Below, piece after piece: positions 24,265 through 32,000 of a DNA stretch of 32,000 bases. Positions within the stretch are counted from its first letter, which is position 1; the number at the start of each line of letters is the position of its first letter. Source of the stretch: Candidatus Saccharimonadota bacterium (GTDB lineage: Bacteria > Patescibacteriota > Saccharimonadia > Saccharimonadales > UBA4665); contig CP065016.1 of NCBI GenBank assembly GCA_016700375.1, positions 1,200,001 to 1,232,000 on the forward strand, read 5' to 3'. Position numbers and translations under genes: made by a program. The notes under the pieces were generated by a model, which saw only the letters and a program-made list of their open reading frames with translations, had not been told where the DNA came from and did no database searches.

Positions 24265-24702
24265 CTATTTGCCTCTTAACCCTACGAGCGTATTGATTAG
24301 CCTTGGAAACTCACCCGATTCAAATGCACCTACTAATGCGCCATCTGAAAAGCGATCATTGCGAATTACTGCCGTTAGTAACTTAAGAGTTGTAGGTACG
24401 TCTAGGGCATCATACTTCGATTCATCACTATTCTTATACCAGTCGCGGCCCTCATCCCATTCTGACCACTTAAAATTAACGATAAACTCATTACCGTAAA
24501 AGAATGCGACGAACTCGCTTATAAGAGGATCGGATACCCAGTATGGCATTTGTATAACGCCATTTTCGTCAGTCTCACCACCCTGAGTCTTGCCCCAACT
24601 ACCCTCATGGGACTGGACGCGATTGTTGATATCAACAAATTGCTCCCAAGTCTCATCACTGAGTTCCGAAAATGCTTTTACCGATTCTTCTGTTGCGTCC
24701 AT
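24265..24702 (-). CDS. 145-aa strongly acidic protein of unknown function
   Basis: An ORF with a GAGGAGGA SD embedded in the upstream gene end and a TAA|ATG junction. Asp/Glu clearly outnumber Lys/Arg. It is Trp-rich (SEWDEGRDWY). Confidence 0.7.
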   Translation of the reverse strand: MDATEESVKAFSELSDETWEQFVDINNRVQSHEGSWGKTQGGETDENGVIQMPYWVSDPLISEFVAFFYGNEFIVNFKWSEWDEGRDWYKNSDESKYDALDVPTTLKLLTAVIRNDRFSDGALVGAFESGEFPRLINTLVGLRGK

Positions 24703-26886
24703 TTATTCATCCTCCTCATCAGTCGTCTTTTTGGCAGTGAGTTCGGCTTTGATATCATCATGTGCGAGATTGAACGTACTTCCAAGTGCAGCAATAAGCC
24801 GCCGTTTGCTGTTTGTGTTTGTTCCGGTGTCGATGAAGTACCCAGTGTCTAATATCTCGGCGCTGTTATAGAACGCGCTGGCATCCTGTCGGATAAAGCG
24901 CGAAAGATATTCATCCTCAGTTACCATCTCGATAAAGTCGGGATTTCGGCTGTAAATAGCTTCTGCGATAGCGTCCAGCGCCTCGGCCCAAGTTGTCACC
25001 GAACTCTCTTCGCCGAATACTTCGACCGAACGGATACCTGCGCCTTTCAGATCCATTTCATCGAGCAAGTATATCGTGGTGTCTTCTTCTACCGGCTGGA
25101 AAGCGGTTACAGGGAGTGGCCATACTTTTTTGAGACTGGTAACCCACCAATTCTGACGCTCCTTGAGAGTATCTTCGTTCCAGGTATCGTGTTTCGCAAT
25201 CCATTCATTGAGTGGTAATTTGCTATCAGCGAAGCCGACTTTTCGCACTTCTCCCGTTTTCTTATCCTTGACCTCAAGATTCATTTTGTCGAGATATGGA
25301 CGGTTAGAATACTCAGAGTTATAGCCAGTTAGCGTGAGGTTGGCTAGTGTATGGAGATAATCACGGTGAATGCGCTCAAAGTCATCACCGAGCATAGCCT
25401 GCCAGTCTTTGCTTGCCAGCGTCTGGGGCATGACATGCTCAATTGAGAGTTTTAGCTTGCCATCGGAAATCTGATGCAGCGTATGGACGGCCTCTTTTGA
25501 TGATTCCTCGGCAGCAGTGAGAACATAGACGAGGAATGAGTTTCGCTGGTAGTACGCCTCGCGCGAGCGAATCGCGTTTTCATACTCTGCGTCGTCTGGC
25601 ATGCGCGTTTGACCGATACGGTTAAGCAGAATATATCGAAGTACCTCTACGTAATCTGCGTCGGGGCTTGTCTTCTGGTAGCTTAATACATCTTTGTGAA
25701 GCGATGCCAAGAAGCGGTCTACGCTCGTAGTATCTATGCCGCTCACGATACGACGCGAGAAGTACGTTTCGATGAGCTTAAAGACATCCTCAAGCTGTAA
25801 ATCGGTAAGTTCACCAGCCGCATGATGGCGCAACACATTCATGGCGAACGGAATATACAAATCAATCTGCAAGTAGCGCATCTTGAAGATGGTTTCACTA
25901 ATGCCTTTGTACTTTGGCTCAAACTCGCTCGTGTCAATCAGCTTCAGGAGCTTGTAAAATCCAAGTGACTCGACGATATCGCTATAGAATACGTCAATCT
26001 TGTCTTCTTCTTGTGCTTCACCGACATGCTTATCAAACTGCTTCTTGAACTCCGGGTAGACGGCATCCAATCGTACAATAGCTTGGCGCTTCGAGATTAT
26101 GTAGCTACGGAAGAAATCAGTAATATGGTCTTTGTTAGAGTCCACCAGCGATTCTTCGATAATTGACCAGTACTTTTCATAAACTTGGTTGCGGAGCTGA
26201 TCATTGCTAAGCATGAGTGCAAAGTTACGAATTTTGTCACCATCTGTCAAAGGCTTGCCGGTCGAGTTAATGCTCTCGAAGACGCGCTGAGGGTTGTCGT
26301 CGTTGCCGTTGAGAGTGATGGAAATAACCTCAAACATACGCAAGCCGTCAATGTACTTATCAAGGCCGGTACGCGCCTGGAAGTACTTGCGGAATGTCGA
26401 GTAGACCTGATAGATATTGCTCACGCGTTCGCGAGGTTCGAGGCGCGATTCTTCGCCATCTTTATCAAAAATATGTTGCAAAATCTGGTTGTCAGTTGTG
26501 ACGGTACGGAGCTTGACTTTGTTCTTGTCAATATTCGCGTTGAAGAGATAACGATCGCGGATAAGTTCTGGTGTCGTCTCTGGGTTTTCAATCAGCGATG
26601 GATCTTTTTTGACGAGGTGATAAATTGCCGTTACCATCAAAAGCGACGTCGTGACGCGCTGTTGACCGTCAATAATAGCTACTGAATAGCTGCTGGCGGT
26701 GTCTTCGACAAGCACAACCGTACCGAAATAATGGTTTCTCCGCTTAGCAACACTCTCTTCGAGATCAATCAGAAACTCATTCGCATTGTTTGTTTGCCAT
26801 GCATAGGGTCGTTGGAAGTTCGGTATCTCATAGTATGTCTCTGAGGCGTTGAGAATCTTCTGGATATTAGTCTGTGCCGAAATCAT
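24703..26886 (-). CDS. GmrSD-family type IV restriction endonuclease (DUF262 + DUF1524)
   Basis: DUF262 motifs YEIPNFQRPYAWQ and IIDGQQRVTTSLL. DUF1524 His-Me finger motifs IEHVMPQT and HTLANLTLTGYNSEYSN. The ATG at 26886 sits 9-10 nt after an AAGGAGG and 1 nt after the upstream stop. Confidence 0.85.
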   Translation of the reverse strand: MISAQTNIQKILNASETYYEIPNFQRPYAWQTNNANEFLIDLEESVAKRRNHYFGTVVLVEDTASSYSVAIIDGQQRVTTSLLMVTAIYHLVKKDPSLIENPETTPELIRDRYLFNANIDKNKVKLRTVTTDNQILQHIFDKDGEESRLEPRERVSNIYQVYSTFRKYFQARTGLDKYIDGLRMFEVISITLNGNDDNPQRVFESINSTGKPLTDGDKIRNFALMLSNDQLRNQVYEKYWSIIEESLVDSNKDHITDFFRSYIISKRQAIVRLDAVYPEFKKQFDKHVGEAQEEDKIDVFYSDIVESLGFYKLLKLIDTSEFEPKYKGISETIFKMRYLQIDLYIPFAMNVLRHHAAGELTDLQLEDVFKLIETYFSRRIVSGIDTTSVDRFLASLHKDVLSYQKTSPDADYVEVLRYILLNRIGQTRMPDDAEYENAIRSREAYYQRNSFLVYVLTAAEESSKEAVHTLHQISDGKLKLSIEHVMPQTLASKDWQAMLGDDFERIHRDYLHTLANLTLTGYNSEYSNRPYLDKMNLEVKDKKTGEVRKVGFADSKLPLNEWIAKHDTWNEDTLKERQNWWVTSLKKVWPLPVTAFQPVEEDTTIYLLDEMDLKGAGIRSVEVFGEESSVTTWAEALDAIAEAIYSRNPDFIEMVTEDEYLSRFIRQDASAFYNSAEILDTGYFIDTGTNTNSKRRLIAALGSTFNLAHDDIKAELTAKKTTDEEDE

Positions 26887-26887
26887 A

Positions 26888-28051
26888 TTATTCATCCTCC
26901 TTGTTCGGCACAATCGCCTGTAAATCTTTGTCATAGTGAAAATCTACGATATCGCCGTTCTGTAGCATGTTGACTGCCTGCTCAATGGCAAGCAGTGGCA
27001 CTGAGTACCACTCACTCGGCGTATAGTCACGTCCGTCTTTGTCGATAATCGTCAGGTCTACTTTTGCATCGGCAAATATTCGATGAATAAAATGTTCTAC
27101 TTTTTGAGGATTATAGTCTCCAGTCAGTACATAGCTATCGACGACTTCTACGCCAGACATCAAGTATGTTGGGTCTTTTTCTGCATCTTTAATACGATCA
27201 GCCACAGTGGTAGTTGCGAATCCAATCTTGTGTAGATTCTTGATATTTTGCACTTGTGGACTATCGCTCAGTGAACGTAAAACGTAAATGTAGCCCACAA
27301 TAGTATCAGTGTCACTTAGCTCTTCGTATACGGATTCATCTGCTATCGGTACAATCTCATATCCATCTTCGTATAGACGCATAGAAAGTGATCGCCGGTA
27401 CATATTTGATTCAGTGCCATTTTCGTATATGATTCTAAACCGTTCTTTGTTCCGGTCGTATACCCATTTCTTCTCACCGGCATCAATGATGCGAAGCATC
27501 TGGCCAGCATGCACATAGTACGCCCCCATATGTAGTTGATTGACTGACACGTAACGACGGAGCTTTAGCTTGCCCTCTGCGAGAAGTTGCTGTTGTTCGA
27601 CAAATCCAGGTTTATACTCCTGAAAATCTGCTGCGTGTTTGCGGTCGGCTCGTTCTTTAACGGGTCGCGGCTTGGACAGTACTTTACTGACTTTTAGGAT
27701 GTCGTCGCCATCGCTACTAAATAATCCATATGTATCATCAGAAAATAGTTCGTCTATTGATTCTGGCGCTTCAAGTTCTTCGAGCAGTCCAAGACTATCG
27801 ACGGGCTTGAGCGCTTCAACCTTGTCTTTATTTGTTTTTATCGAGTTCAAACGAGCCGCTAATGATGCCTCGCTAATATCGGTTGCATTGATATCGGGCA
27901 AGCGATCATTGATTTCTACAAACTCGGTGATCTGTTTGAATGATGAGGTCAGTCGATCATCGGCAGTAATAGGCTTGGCTTTTTCCTGCGCAGTAAATAG
28001 ACCCTCGTTATCTGTATCGAATAGATTTATTAACTCATCAGAAAAGTCCAT
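26888..28051 (-). CDS. T5orf172 / GIY-YIG-superfamily domain protein
   Basis: The C-terminal domain VGYIYVLRSL...NLHKIGFATTTVADRIKD fits the T5orf172 (GIY-YIG-like) pattern. The N-terminal ~230 aa are uncharacterised. Its ATG overlaps the helicase stop (TAATG). Confidence 0.7.
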   Translation of the reverse strand: MDFSDELINLFDTDNEGLFTAQEKAKPITADDRLTSSFKQITEFVEINDRLPDINATDISEASLAARLNSIKTNKDKVEALKPVDSLGLLEELEAPESIDELFSDDTYGLFSSDGDDILKVSKVLSKPRPVKERADRKHAADFQEYKPGFVEQQQLLAEGKLKLRRYVSVNQLHMGAYYVHAGQMLRIIDAGEKKWVYDRNKERFRIIYENGTESNMYRRSLSMRLYEDGYEIVPIADESVYEELSDTDTIVGYIYVLRSLSDSPQVQNIKNLHKIGFATTTVADRIKDAEKDPTYLMSGVEVVDSYVLTGDYNPQKVEHFIHRIFADAKVDLTIIDKDGRDYTPSEWYSVPLLAIEQAVNMLQNGDIVDFHYDKDLQAIVPNKEDE

Positions 28052-30021
28052 TATGCCTGCTTTTCTTTCTCTCTAAGCCATGCTGCTTTACGAGCAGTCA
28101 GGTATGCTTGCGCCTGAGCAAGTAACTTCTCATTTTTATCAGGGCTATTGATTGCTGGGTACTTGCCGTCATGAGCCACGACGAATGCTTTGATCTGTGG
28201 CACGAGGGCAAGGGCATCTTCGTCTGACATGTCGATACGTGAGCCTGCTATCGTGTCTTGGATGACGCGGAATACATCAGCGCCAACGCGCTTCGAGATG
28301 ACTTCAAATGCGTGCTGGAATGGGTTTATAGAATCAATCAGGTCGATACTGAGTTCGTCAAGGTTCACAAAACTATTGGCGAGCGTGATAAACTTTTTGT
28401 CGCCATCTTCGGTAATCTTAGCAGTCTTAAATGCAAGATTACTTGCTAGGTACTGTCGGGTTACTTCGACTTCTTCCTCGTTAAGTCCAGGTAGACGTTC
28501 ACGAATGATTTTAGACTGTAAGTGCTTCATGTAGTCACCAGTATGGCCATTTGCCGCTGCACGCTGAATCTGTGTATCTTGCAGTACGGCTGCCGTTAGG
28601 TCTTCGAGTTCGGTGGCAAGAATATGTTTAACCTTTTCTGATGGTGGTTTTTTGAGGCCTTTAACAAATACTTCACCAGCCTTTGCTTTTTGGTCGGGTG
28701 ATGTACGTGGCGTGAATGTAAAGTTAGGCGCTAGTACTTGTTCCATCAAGAGAGAGGCGGTGATCGCCTTGAGCATGTTATTGACTGAAACTTGTATGTC
28801 GTCACTTGTGCCATTTGGCTGCACGATTAGATTTGTAAACTGCGCGTGAGACTTGTTGTAGCTATCACGAGTACAGCGGCCAATGATCTGCACGATCTCC
28901 GTCAGGCTTGCCCTGTAGCCTATAGTTAGCGCCTGTTCACAGTAGGGCCAGTCAAAGCCCTCCTTTGCCATACCGAGTGCGATAATGATGTCTACGCCAG
29001 CAATATCGTTTTTAGCAACGTCACTGAGGTACTGGGTGATCTTAGCCCTATGCAACGGGTCATCCTCTACGAGATTGGCGACTTTTACACGACGACCATC
29101 TGGCGTTTCTATGATTTCTACACCGGTCTCGCTGTCTTGTTCTATCCATGTCCCAATAAGGTCAAAAATGCGCGTAACTTCTTCGTGCTTACCAACTTGA
29201 GTCGATTCTTTTGAGTTGACGTTTGGAATGTGAATAATTGTCTTTTTATTCGTATCTAGCACAGCATCTAGTGCGCCGTCATCGAGATAACTACCAGTGT
29301 AGAAGTGATAGCCAATACCAAGCGTCTTGAGGTATGTATACCCATTGAGCTGTTCGTAATAGGTATAGGTTACTTTATCGAACTCTGATTCGTCTTCTGG
29401 CGTAAGGATTGGAATGGCATCGCCACGGAAGTATGAGCCGGTCATAGCAATAATCTGAATGTTAGTGCCGTTCATGACACGGTGCAGCAGTTCACCCAAT
29501 CGGCTGTTTTCGCTAACAGACACATGGTGGAACTCGTCGATAGCCAGAACGGTATCATTAAACAACTCCATAGGGAGTTCTTCGGCCTCAAATGCAAAAC
29601 GTAGGGTTGCATGAGTACAGACAAGTATCTTGTCATCGGACTTCATGAAGCTTGTAAATGATTTCACTTTTGATTTGTCGTCGCCAGTACCGAGGCAGAG
29701 ATTGTTGCGATCTTCTACTTCCCAGTCTGCGAAAAAGCCTGCTTCTGTCAGATTTGTGTTACCGAATGATGAACCGATAGATTTTTCTGGTACGGCAACG
29801 ATGACTTTTTTCTTGCCTTGGTTGATAAGTTTATCGAGGCCGACATACATAAGGGCACGAGACTTACCCGATGCTGGTGGCGCTTTGATGAGTAGATGAT
29901 TGCTGTTGCGCTTATCAAATGCGCGGCGCTGCATTTCGCGCATTCCCATTTCATCAGTCTTGGTACTTTCGCCAGTCTGTTCATAGGTTACATCAATAAT
30001 GTTCAGGGTTTCGTCGTTCAT
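28051..30021 (-). CDS. SF2 DExH-box helicase/translocase (ResIII-like)
   Basis: Walker A KAPPASGKS, motif II AIDEFHH, motif III MTGS and motif VI QIIGRCTR. The ~220-aa C-terminal region has no recognisable nuclease motif. It shares an ATGA overlap with the MTase stop and has an AAGGAG SD. Confidence 0.85.
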   Translation of the reverse strand: MNDETLNIIDVTYEQTGESTKTDEMGMREMQRRAFDKRNSNHLLIKAPPASGKSRALMYVGLDKLINQGKKKVIVAVPEKSIGSSFGNTNLTEAGFFADWEVEDRNNLCLGTGDDKSKVKSFTSFMKSDDKILVCTHATLRFAFEAEELPMELFNDTVLAIDEFHHVSVSENSRLGELLHRVMNGTNIQIIAMTGSYFRGDAIPILTPEDESEFDKVTYTYYEQLNGYTYLKTLGIGYHFYTGSYLDDGALDAVLDTNKKTIIHIPNVNSKESTQVGKHEEVTRIFDLIGTWIEQDSETGVEIIETPDGRRVKVANLVEDDPLHRAKITQYLSDVAKNDIAGVDIIIALGMAKEGFDWPYCEQALTIGYRASLTEIVQIIGRCTRDSYNKSHAQFTNLIVQPNGTSDDIQVSVNNMLKAITASLLMEQVLAPNFTFTPRTSPDQKAKAGEVFVKGLKKPPSEKVKHILATELEDLTAAVLQDTQIQRAAANGHTGDYMKHLQSKIIRERLPGLNEEEVEVTRQYLASNLAFKTAKITEDGDKKFITLANSFVNLDELSIDLIDSINPFQHAFEVISKRVGADVFRVIQDTIAGSRIDMSDEDALALVPQIKAFVVAHDGKYPAINSPDKNEKLLAQAQAYLTARKAAWLREKEKQA

Positions 30022-32000
30022 TTTGTTTTCTCCTTTTCAGTAGCGGTCATTTGTTCAAATAGTGCGAATAGATCGGCGAGTCGTTCTTCGTCATTACCGT
30101 ATGGTCTTGGTCGATATAGTTTATCTACCGCAAGATCAAGTTCATGATGAGCCTGTCGCAAATCTTCCGGCATCTTGATTGGATCGTACATTTCGGCAAG
30201 AGTTTTTTCGCTATGGTTTTCACGAACAAGAAGCACATTGCGTGCAGCAGAAGTGAGCATCTGCTTTTGTGGCTCAGTTAGTGGCGGTACAGGATAGTTA
30301 GCATAAACAATTGCAGAAGAGTATCGTAGCCGATCTTCAAGTTTCCCAGCAACGGAACGAATCCATGCCATGTGCATGCGAGAAGATATGATTCCAAATA
30401 GCCAAATAGGAGCATCATATACTATATTCGCAGCATTTGAGGCTACAGTGTTGCCGTCTAAGAACCCAATTGGTATGTATTCACGACGTTCCGACGAAAC
30501 ACTAGGTATGATAATTGCTTGACCATTTTTATGTGCTCGCTGACGGAATCGATGTGGGTATTTAGCATACTCAACCGTTGAGGGTGTATCTTTGCGACTA
30601 GCCCTAAACTCTGCGACATTCGCAATCATTTCGGCAATAGGAGGAATCGTTTTTGCTTCATCAGCATCCGCATCGCTAATCCATAAACAGTACCTAGTTT
30701 TGCCATTGATGTAATCGCCCGAACCAGTGAACCCTTTAATGAACTTGGCAGCATCAGGATATTCAGAAATTATCTTCTCTCTCTTTTCTTCATCGAATAT
30801 CAAGAATCCACCATCTGTTGGCTTACTCCCCATTACGCAGTCAGGTAGTCCACTGATTGACTTGGCCCGACGAGTAAAGAATATCGAGTCTGAACCGGCA
30901 GTAAGATACGCGCTAATACTAGGTACTTCTGTACGAACAAGATTGTCGTAGATAAACTTCTTAGCCTTACTTGTTGAACGTAAATTGATAACGACAACTG
31001 TTACACCGGCTACATTGCGAGCGCCGTTTGTCCATTTGAATGAAGTATAGGCAAAGCCTATCTCTACATTCTTGTCGAAGACGTATGGCCACAATAAGGC
31101 CACTTGTTCGCCCTGGCAAATAGAGTTTGTTGATACGAATGCGAGCTGTGCTTTAGAATCCTGTATATAGTCTGCACCTATCTTGAACCATGCAGCAATG
31201 AGGTCGAGATTCTTGTAGTTCTTAAAACTCTTGAATACGTGCGTCATGTCTCGCTTTTGGTCTGCATCTTGCAAGCTAGAGCCAAGATATGGAGGGTTGC
31301 CGATTAAGTAAATCTCATCCCAATACTTTTGCTTTAGGTCTTCGTCAGAGATTAAAGCTTCTTGTTCGTTTTCGACTTCGATATCGAGGAGGTATTGCTG
31401 ATCTGGCTGAGTATTATCTATGACGTGTTCGATATTTGGACAAACTTCTCGCCAGTCAATTTGCATAGAGTTACCCTGTACGATTTTTGCGTTATCCTTG
31501 AGCGGGATCAGGATAATTTCTTTACCAAAGTGCTGCTCAAACTCGATGTTCATCTGGTGTTTAGCAAGGTATAGCGAAAGAATGGCAATCTCATGTGCGA
31601 AATCGTCAATCTCTATTCCATAAAAGTTATCGAGCTTGATCTTTGATTCAAGCTTGCCAGATAGCATCGCACGCTGGTAGTCGCTGCTAAACAGACGGTC
31701 GATAATACCATGCTCGATTTTGCGCAGTTCTTTGTAGGCAATAATCAGGAAATTACCAGAACCACAGGCAGGGTCGAACACCTTGATTTTGCTAATCCGC
31801 GACCATATGTTATTGAGCTTATTTGGATTGTCGTAATACTTGTCGAACTCTTCGCGTAGCTCATCGAGGAATAGAGGTTCGATAGTCCGCATGATGTTTG
31901 GCACGCTGGTATAGTGCATGCCGTTAGTCGCGCGGTGCTCTTCGTCAACGATACTTTGGAACATAGAACCGAAAATATCTGGGTTAATCGTTGACCAGTC
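30018..32000 (-). CDS. N6-adenine DNA methyltransferase with fused target-recognition domain, MmeI/type IIL-like (N-terminus outside window)
   Basis: The frame is open to the window edge (DWSTINPDIFGSMFQSIVDEEHRATNGMHYTS). SAM motif I VFDPACGSGNFL and motif IV IGNPPYLG are present. FYGIEIDDFAHEIAILSLYLAKHQMN and the C-terminal SSERREYIPIGF...RMHMAWIR...RLRYSSAIVYANYPVP resemble the MmeI-family MTase/TRD, from memory. Confidence 0.85.
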   Translation of the reverse strand, partial: DWSTINPDIFGSMFQSIVDEEHRATNGMHYTSVPNIMRTIEPLFLDELREEFDKYYDNPNKLNNIWSRISKIKVFDPACGSGNFLIIAYKELRKIEHGIIDRLFSSDYQRAMLSGKLESKIKLDNFYGIEIDDFAHEIAILSLYLAKHQMNIEFEQHFGKEIILIPLKDNAKIVQGNSMQIDWREVCPNIEHVIDNTQPDQQYLLDIEVENEQEALISDEDLKQKYWDEIYLIGNPPYLGSSLQDADQKRDMTHVFKSFKNYKNLDLIAAWFKIGADYIQDSKAQLAFVSTNSICQGEQVALLWPYVFDKNVEIGFAYTSFKWTNGARNVAGVTVVVINLRSTSKAKKFIYDNLVRTEVPSISAYLTAGSDSIFFTRRAKSISGLPDCVMGSKPTDGGFLIFDEEKREKIISEYPDAAKFIKGFTGSGDYINGKTRYCLWISDADADEAKTIPPIAEMIANVAEFRASRKDTPSTVEYAKYPHRFRQRAHKNGQAIIIPSVSSERREYIPIGFLDGNTVASNAANIVYDAPIWLFGIISSRMHMAWIRSVAGKLEDRLRYSSAIVYANYPVPPLTEPQKQMLTSAARNVLLVRENHSEKTLAEMYDPIKMPEDLRQAHHELDLAVDKLYRPRPYGNDEERLADLFALFEQMTATEKEKTK

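Noticed and set aside
349-31948. All remaining ORF-track entries nested in or antisense to the called genes, for example 1016-1570(-), 4342-4800(-), 6814-7278(-), 12579-12896(-), 16937-17416(+), 26185-26685(+) and 27639-28076(+).
   Set aside because: They are shadow ORFs inside genes with strong motif support on the other frame or strand. None has independent motif or SD support.
19946-32000. DISARM system (a PLD nuclease, a helicase and an adenine MTase are all present).
   Set aside because: No DrmA/DrmB (DUF1998) equivalents are present. The PLD gene is on the opposite strand, and the helicase is a short ResIII-like protein, not SNF2/DrmD-like.
24703-32000. BREX locus (PglX-like MTase plus BrxU-like GmrSD).
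   Set aside because: No PglZ, BrxC, BrxL, BrxA or BrxB is present in the window. This cannot be excluded completely, because sequence upstream of the MTase is missing.

Overview
The window has two parts. (1) nt 1 to ~19,340 is GC-richer, tightly packed bacterial housekeeping DNA. It carries ddl (5'-truncated), leuS, rpmF, nusB, a Nudix hydrolase, rnc, rpsP, a KH-domain protein, trmD, sodN-sodX (nickel SOD plus its maturation protease), a KGG-repeat stress protein, pyrD, a DUF1508 protein, 5-formyl-THF cyclo-ligase, pgi, a monofunctional riboflavin kinase, a hom-lysC-asd operon and an orphan receiver-domain response regulator. This core also holds two diverged copies of a ~300-350 nt hairpin-rich repeat element, a family of GTCAT-flanked palindromes and three heptanucleotide tandem repeats; one is a perfect 7-mer array of about 21.7 copies. 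Several genes have a TATAAT-like box 6-8 nt upstream of the ATG and no Shine-Dalgarno, which suggests leaderless mRNAs. (2) nt ~19,340 to 32,000 is a visibly AT-richer accessory island that runs off the window edge. It has a single-HKD PLD-family nuclease on the plus strand, converging on nine minus-strand genes joined by 0-4 nt junctions, so they look like one polycistronic operon. In transcription order these are an MmeI-like N6-adenine MTase with its own TRD (5'-truncated by the window), an SF2 DExH helicase, a T5orf172/GIY-YIG protein and a GmrSD-type (DUF262/DUF1524) type IV nuclease. They are followed by an acidic 145-aa protein, a DUF2779-like protein with two nuclease-type domains, a 105-aa two-TM peptide, a 547-aa membrane-anchored protein with no recognisable motif and a HAD-like hydrolase. 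The last five genes match no named defence system I know and are my best candidate for an undescribed system. The MTase-helicase-GIY-YIG trio is a second candidate, as a split ATP-dependent R-M-like module. I found no rRNA, tRNA, CRISPR array, integrase or transposase. Lineage cannot be established from this window. All functional calls rest on motif recognition by eye, not on database searches.
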